Shown here in pieces: positions 57,656-64,000 of a DNA stretch of 64,000 bases. The notes below the pieces were generated by a model. The model saw only the letters and a list, made by a program, of their open reading frames with translations. It ran no database searches and was not told the DNA's origin. The stretch's first letter is position 1; every line of letters begins with the position of its first letter. This DNA is from the human T2T-CHM13v2.0 reference genome, Homo sapiens. The position numbers were made by a program, and so were the translations under genes. The DNA lies in the NCBI RefSeq assembly GCF_009914755.1, contig NC_060925.1; one strand, written 5' to 3'.

Positions 57656-60552
57656 ATAATGAATGTGATGGAGTTGTCAAAAGCTGAATTAATTAAAAGT
57701 CCCCACGAGAGGTTAGATGACAAAATTTTCAGAAACTTTCCATGCCACTCTGTTGTGACATCAACAGTGCTGGACCCTTGAAATCAAACCAAAAGGATTC
57801 CACCATGAGAATGAAAAGGGCTGAGAAGGGGAATGCTGGGTGACACAGAAGGTGACAAAGGGCGAAAGGTTTCTAGGCATTTGATAGACTGATGGACGTC
57901 CGCGCTGACCATAAGGCACAGGCCACACAGGAAGGAAAATGAGACCCAACGCGAAGAAAAGTAGGGCTAAACAGTCGGGAAAATGTGGGAAGAAGGATGA
58001 ATAGTCATACGATCAACTCAGATTCCTCCCTGACATTCTTCTACAGCTTTATTCTCGTCCTTTGGGAGCCGAGATGTTCATTTTCCTACATTCTTAGCTG
58101 CCTACACACGGCGACTTTTCTCCACGGTGCCTGATCCCTGCTGCATCCTCCTTCTCTAGTGGCAACAGCAAATGGCCACACAGAAGGCAGACATTGCACC
58201 CAACTGAGGAGAATGTAATTCACTCATTGCCAGTCACAGACCTTGGCTCACCGATTTACTAAGTATAGATTTTATTTCTATCCCTCACCTACCTGTTTTG
58301 CCAAGGGAACTAAGAAAAGAGCATCATCAAAAATTCAGATAGGTATAGTTCTCACAAGATGAACCAGATCCAGTACGGCATCACTGCAGACATACACACA
58401 GAGCTGCATAAAACAGGAAGAGAGCTGCTAATCACAGCCCCAGAGGGTAGTGGCCAAAGTGATGCCTTGGAGATCCGAGAATGCCAGACTGAGATCACAC
58501 GGCCTGGGGAATTACCGCCTATGGTCATTTTGGTTTTCCCGGGATAGCCATGTTAATTGGGTGAAATAAAGCATATTTGATTTTCTTATGACAAAAAAGG
58601 GCTTTTGCCATTGTCTACAGATGATACTTTAAATCTTTATTTTATGACTAAAGGTGAATTCCAGAGCAACATTAAATGTTGTCCCTTTAAATTTTTAATC
58701 ATTTACATAACGATTACCATAATATTCAATTTAAACATAAAATGTAATTGAAAGTATGAGATTAATATGTGGACATGAAATCATATAATGTTCCATGGAA
58801 AAAATAGAATGTATAAGGCAAAGAGGTTTAAAGTAACATCAAAACTAATGCTCACTATACAAATTCTATGAAATCCTCATAATTACACTGTGAAGCAGGT
58901 GTTGTTAGAGCCACATAATCTCAAACAAATTATTTATTATCTAAAATTACATAGATATTAAAAGGTTAGGCCATATATGAATTTAGGATTCTCTCAAAAA
59001 TTTTTTCTCTTTCTCCTACATCAAACTTCCCTAAATTATAGAAAAGTCACAATGTTACCAAACATATTCACAAAACACATATAATCTTGAATCCAAATTT
59101 CAGTTACAGCAGAAAAAATAAAACTCTAGATCAATCTCAATCGTGTAAATAAATTCAGATTTCCAATCTAAGAGTCTCAATTTGACATACTTCTTTCTCT
59201 CTCTTCTTTCAAACCAGGAGAAATATAAATATGAGCCACAACCTTACAAAAGCTAGAAAATATTTACAATTCCACACAACAACACATGAAGAAAACCTTC
59301 TGGACATCAAAAGTTTAAACCAGTCAAGACTGAACACCAAGATAAAGTGCATGCCTCTGAAGAGCTTGAGCTAGTCAAGAAGCCCAGAAATCCCTAAAAG
59401 AGGTGTGTATACTGAGGACTGAGGATCAAAACCTGTGATCTTTACTTGGAACAGAAATATTGCAGCATGTGAACCCTCCACAGAGTGACAGAGGGAAAGG
59501 AGTTTAAAGGGAAACATGCAAATGTATCACCTTTGGAATAATTAGGACACGTGTGTGGTGTAATGAAAGAAGGCAAAAAGATGGGGAAGAAGCCAGACAG
59601 ATGGCAATTTTCATTCTGTTATGAAAAGAAAAGGATAAGTCACAAGTCACATGATGAAATTAACAACTATGAATCCACTCTAAGCCATAGTCAATCCTAT
59701 AGCCTAGGAGTCATTCTAACAGATGAGAGTGTTTTGGAGACAAGATTCCAAAACTCGTCTGCCTTCCATCATACTTACTACCCCCAGCTCCTCCTCCACA
59801 ATATCCTTTCACAAGTATCTAGAATATTCAAAGACTAATAATATTATATAATTATTTATAATAATTGTATTACAAAAATAAAACTTGATGACCTTTATAA
59901 AAATACTAGAAGAAAAAGGGAAAATTACATAAGGTACAGAACATACAAATTATACCATGAAGCAGTAAAAAACAGGATCAAATTTTCTATGTTTTTTAAA
60001 AATATGCCTTCTCTAAAATGTTTTCTCTCTGAAATGATATTTAGAAGACATAATTGAAAATAAATACAAAATAAAGTGATAAAAAATAATCTGGCAAAAT
60101 TCAGGATGTAATGAGTAAAGACAACCATGAAAGAAATGAAGATCAATAAAAGCAGGAAAAAAAGTGGGAAGTGGAGAGAATAATGCTGCTAAAAACACAG
60201 ATAAGAATATAAATGACAGGCTTAAATATATCCTGAGCAAAACGAAATAGAAAACACAAGAAGGTGAAATGTAACATTAAAGTCAGGTCCAACAAATGAG
60301 AAATTAGTGTGAAAGAGCTCACAATATCTGGTTAAAAAATTCAAAGATAAAAGAAAACTTTTCTGAAATGAAGAAAACATTGAATCTAATGGTTAAAGGG
60401 CTTATCTTTATCCAGAAAAAATGTGTTATAGTATGACCACATCAAGGCAGATGCAACTGAATTTACCGGACTTCACAAACACAAAATAAACAACCCACAA
60501 AAAAAAAAAAAAATAGAGTCCCCATGAGGCTTTAATGAAGACAACTATTAGA

Positions 60553-60693
60553 GGCCAGGCGCAGGGGCTAACACCTACAGTCCCAACACTTTGAAAGGCC
60601 AAGGCAGGAGAATCACTTGAGCCCAGGAGTTCAAGATAAGACCAGCCTGGGCAACATAGCAAGACCCCATCTCTATCAGAAAAACTTAAAAAA
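60553..60693 (+). mobile_element. FLAM_C / Alu left monomer
   Basis: Single arm with A tail; TSD-like aagacaactat / aagaaaactat. Confidence 0.85.
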
Positions 60694-61234
60694 GAAAACT
60701 ATCCACTAAAAATGAATAGAGATAACATGATACAAGTGAGCATTCTGAAGCCTAATATCAAAATGTTCTGGGGTTTGCGGTTAAAGAACAGAATGCAAAT
60801 GTTACAAACCATAACTGTATAAAGACTAATTATATTCATAACAAAAATAAGAAGAGAAAGATAGTAGAAATATATTCTGGTCCATTCAACTTTCACAGTG
60901 GGAGAGAATCAACAAATTATGTTATGGGTGATTAAATATTATTTTAAAAGATAAAGGTCATTATTAGAAAAATTAAAAATAACAAAATCAAATAAAGTTG
61001 GATGACGAAGGTGGGAGAGGAAAGTGGGTTTAAGGGGTAAAGTGGAACTATATTAAAAGAGTCAATGGAGAGCACCCTTGGAAATAACACAAAAATTAAA
61101 GAACTAAATATAATTTATACAGCACATAACTAAACTATAAATCTTCAAATTAAAAGAAAATAGGTACATACAAAATATCACATAGAGAGAAATATTAATA
61201 CCATGAAAATATTAAAATAAAAGCATAAAATTAA

Positions 61235-61920
61235 TTCATTTATTTACCCTATTAGTATTTTTTGAACACCTATGTGCCAGGTATTGTGCTGAATGCCAGT
61301 AAGATATAGTTCCTGCATCTTGGAGTTTTCGTGGAGGAGACAGAGATTAATCAAACAATCACACAAATGTAAAATTGCAACCATAAAAATTACTCTGAAA
61401 TACAATGAAAATTACTATAAGAGAGGGATTTGATGTGAGTCAGAGAAGTTTCCCCTAAGAAAGCAACACTGAAGCTGAGATCTAAAGGGTAAACAGCAGT
61501 TAACTGAGTGGAGAACAAAGGTTTTCCTGCAGGGGGAACAATCTGCTCCCCGAGGCCAGAGTGGGGCCTTGGGAGTTGTGCCTGAAACCACATTGTGAGG
61601 AAGTGAGGGGAAGCATTGTGCAGATAATGCTGAAATAAGTAGTGGAAGATGCTTCCTAAGAGAATGAGAAATCCAAGACTACTAAGCAGAAGAATGATTT
61701 GACCAGATTTCACATTTGTAAATATCACTATGGTTACAATGTATAGAATGGATTTTAAGGAATTCAAATTGGATACAGGTGAGTCAATTAGAAAGCAACA
61801 TGCTTGCCAAGGCAAGAAATTTGATTACTTAAACTAGATATGGGAGTTTTGGAAATAAGTAGATAAATTTGTCATATATTTGAGATAATAAATCACCATG
61901 ACTTGATGGTAGACTTAGTT
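61235..61920 (-). mobile_element. L2 (L2a-like) fragment
   Basis: ttcatttattt...ttgaacacctatgtgccaggtattgtgctg start and gaagctgagatctaaagg internal motifs. Confidence 0.7.
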
Positions 61921-62423
61921 GGAGATGCCCTCACTAATGCACCATCTAATGCTTCAAGTCTAATAATTATTCAATTCCTCCAGAGCCACCAATCCAATGG
62001 TTCTACCATATTTATGCTGTCATTCACTTTACTGATATCCTTCTTACCTTACCTCTTTTCCCACTTTATATTCCATGATCAATACCTTGCTCCCTCGTAA
62101 TGATTGTACTCACTCTTCCAAACAACAATCCTGATAAATCCTACTCTCTGCCTTCTACATCTTGATACCACACAGCTATATGTGGCTAGATAAAACAATC
62201 ACACTGACAATCATCCTATACTTTCTGAATCCATCACTCTTCTACTTTTTCAGATCTTTTCTTTCTCCCTCATCCTTACCATGTAATGAACTCATTTTGC
62301 ATGTCAAGGGCTAAAAGTTGAATATTTTAAAAGTTCTCATTTTCCCACTACTATATAAACCAACAAATATCTTTAGTCTGCATTCACAAATAACATAACA
62401 AATGAGCTCTTCATATTTCTATC

Positions 62424-62660
62424 TGTGGTGAATTAAGATGACTAGAAATTTTGTGGCACCATCCCGTTGAAAACGTGGGGACATATTCTTTCTCCTTGAA
62501 CCTGGGTGGGCTCTTTGACTGCTTTGACCAATAAAATACAGTGAAAGTAAAACTTCCAGTTTTGATGTCCAGATGTTAAAAGCCTTGAAGCTTCCATTTC
62601 TACATCTTGGAACCAACGTGTGTGGGTGCTGAGTCAGTATCGAAGAATTCTGCTTATTCT
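62424..62660 (+). mobile_element. MLT1G/H-like LTR 5' part
   Basis: ccttgaacctgggtgggctctttgactgctttgaccaataaaat...gcttccatttc...cttggaac. Confidence 0.6.
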
Positions 62661-62663
62661 GCT

Positions 62664-63021
62664 TGCATTAGTCCATTTTCATGCTGCTGATAAAGACATA
62701 TCCAAGACCGGGTAATTTATGAATAAAAAGAGTTTCATGGAATCACAGTTCCATGTGGATGGGGAGGCCTCACAATCATGGCAGAAGGTGAAAAGTATGC
62801 ATTACATGGGAGCAGACAAGAGACAATGAGAGCTGAGTGAAAGGGGAAGCCCCTTGTAAAGTCATCAGCTCTCATGAGACTTATTCACGACCATAAGAAC
62901 AGTATGGGGGAGCCACCCCATCATTCAATTATCTCTCACCAGGTCCCTCCACAACACATGGGAATTATGGGAGCTACAATTCAAGATGAGATTTGGGAAA
63001 GGACACAGCCAAACCACCTCA
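62664..63021 (-). mobile_element. THE1B-like 3' LTR
   Basis: tgcattagtccattttcatgctgctgataaagacata ... ggacacagccaaaccacctca, 358 bp. Confidence 0.9.
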
Positions 63022-64000
63022 TTCTGCCTCTGGCACCTCCCAAATCTCATGTCCTCACATTTCAAAACCAATCATGCCTTCCCAATAGTCCCCAAAAGTC
63101 TTAACTCACTTCAGCATTAACTCAAAAGTTGGCAGTCCAAAGTCTCACCTGAGACAGGGCAAGTCTCTTCCACATATAAACCTGTAAAATCAAAAGCAAT
63201 TTAGTTATTTTCTAGATAAGATAGGAGTACAGGCATTGGGTAAATGCAGCCATTTCAAATGGTAAAATTTACCCAAAACAAAGGGACTAAAGGCTCCAAG
63301 CAAGTCCGAAATCCAGTGGGACAGTCAAATCTTAAAGCTCCAAAATGATCTCCTTTGACTCTATGTCTCACATCCAGGTCATACTCATGCAAGTGGTGGG
63401 TTCCCATGGTCTCAGGCAGCTCCACCCCTGTGGTTTTGCAGGGGAGAGCCTTCCTCCCGGTTGCTTTCACAGGCTGGCATTGTATGCAGCTTTTCCAGGC
63501 ACACAGTGCAAGCTGTCGGTGATCTACCATTCCGGGGTCTGGAGGACAGCAGCCCTCTTCTCATAGCTCCACTAGGCAGTACCCTAGTGGGGACTCTGTG
63601 TTGGGGGCTTCAACCCCACATTTCCATTCCCCACTGCCTTAGCAGAGGTTCTCCATGAAGACCTCACCCCTGCAGCAAACTTCTGTCTGGAGATCCAGGC
63701 ATTTCCATACATTCTCTGAAATCTAGGTGGAGGTTCCCATACCTCGATTCTGGACTTCTGTGAATCCACAGGCTCAACACCACATGGAAGCTGCCAAAGC
63801 TTGAGGCTTGCACCCTCTGAAGCCATGGCCTGAGCTGTACCTTGACCCCTTTTAGCTGTGGCTGGAGCAGCTGGGACACAGAGCACCAAGTCCCTAGGCT
63901 GTACACAGGCAAACAGCAGAGGGGCCCTGGGCCCAGCCTATGAAACCATTTTTTCCTCCTAGGCCTCTGGGTGTGTGATGGAAGGGGCTGCCACAAAGAT
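63022..64000 (-). mobile_element. THE1 internal region (continues beyond window)
   Basis: Starts with the reverse polypurine tract ttctgcctctggcacctccc abutting the LTR; typical THE1-int sequence. Confidence 0.9.

Noticed and set aside
63255-63996. ORFs of 65-110 aa at the window end
   Set aside because: Degenerate THE1 internal sequence, not a host gene.

Overview
Human/great-ape-type genomic DNA, AT-rich and dominated by interspersed repeats. I see no intact protein-coding gene. Gene-derived content is (i) an OR4F-family olfactory receptor pseudogene on the minus strand (49940-50877; 938 bp, 1-bp deletion just after TM3) and (ii) a WBP1L processed pseudogene on the plus strand, inserted into an old L1MA and later split by a full-length L1PA7-like LINE. 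From memory, this pairing is typical of the multi-copy subtelomeric duplication blocks; the exact paralog needs an alignment. The most striking structure is an ~8.1-kb VNTR (about 106 copies of a 76/77-bp unit, 26033-34171). It expanded out of the G-rich tract of an L1 3' UTR, carries a CACGTG E-box in most units and has several higher-order repeat blocks. Other notable items: a twin-primed (5'-inverted) L1PA that creates a 261-codon chimeric ORF2 C-terminal ORF, a tail-less Alu flanked by a TSD (candidate internal priming), two template-switch scars, and several local tandem duplications. Repeat family and subfamily names come from recalled consensus sequences, not from a RepeatMasker run. 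I found no demonstrable new biological system; the VNTR hypotheses are inference.
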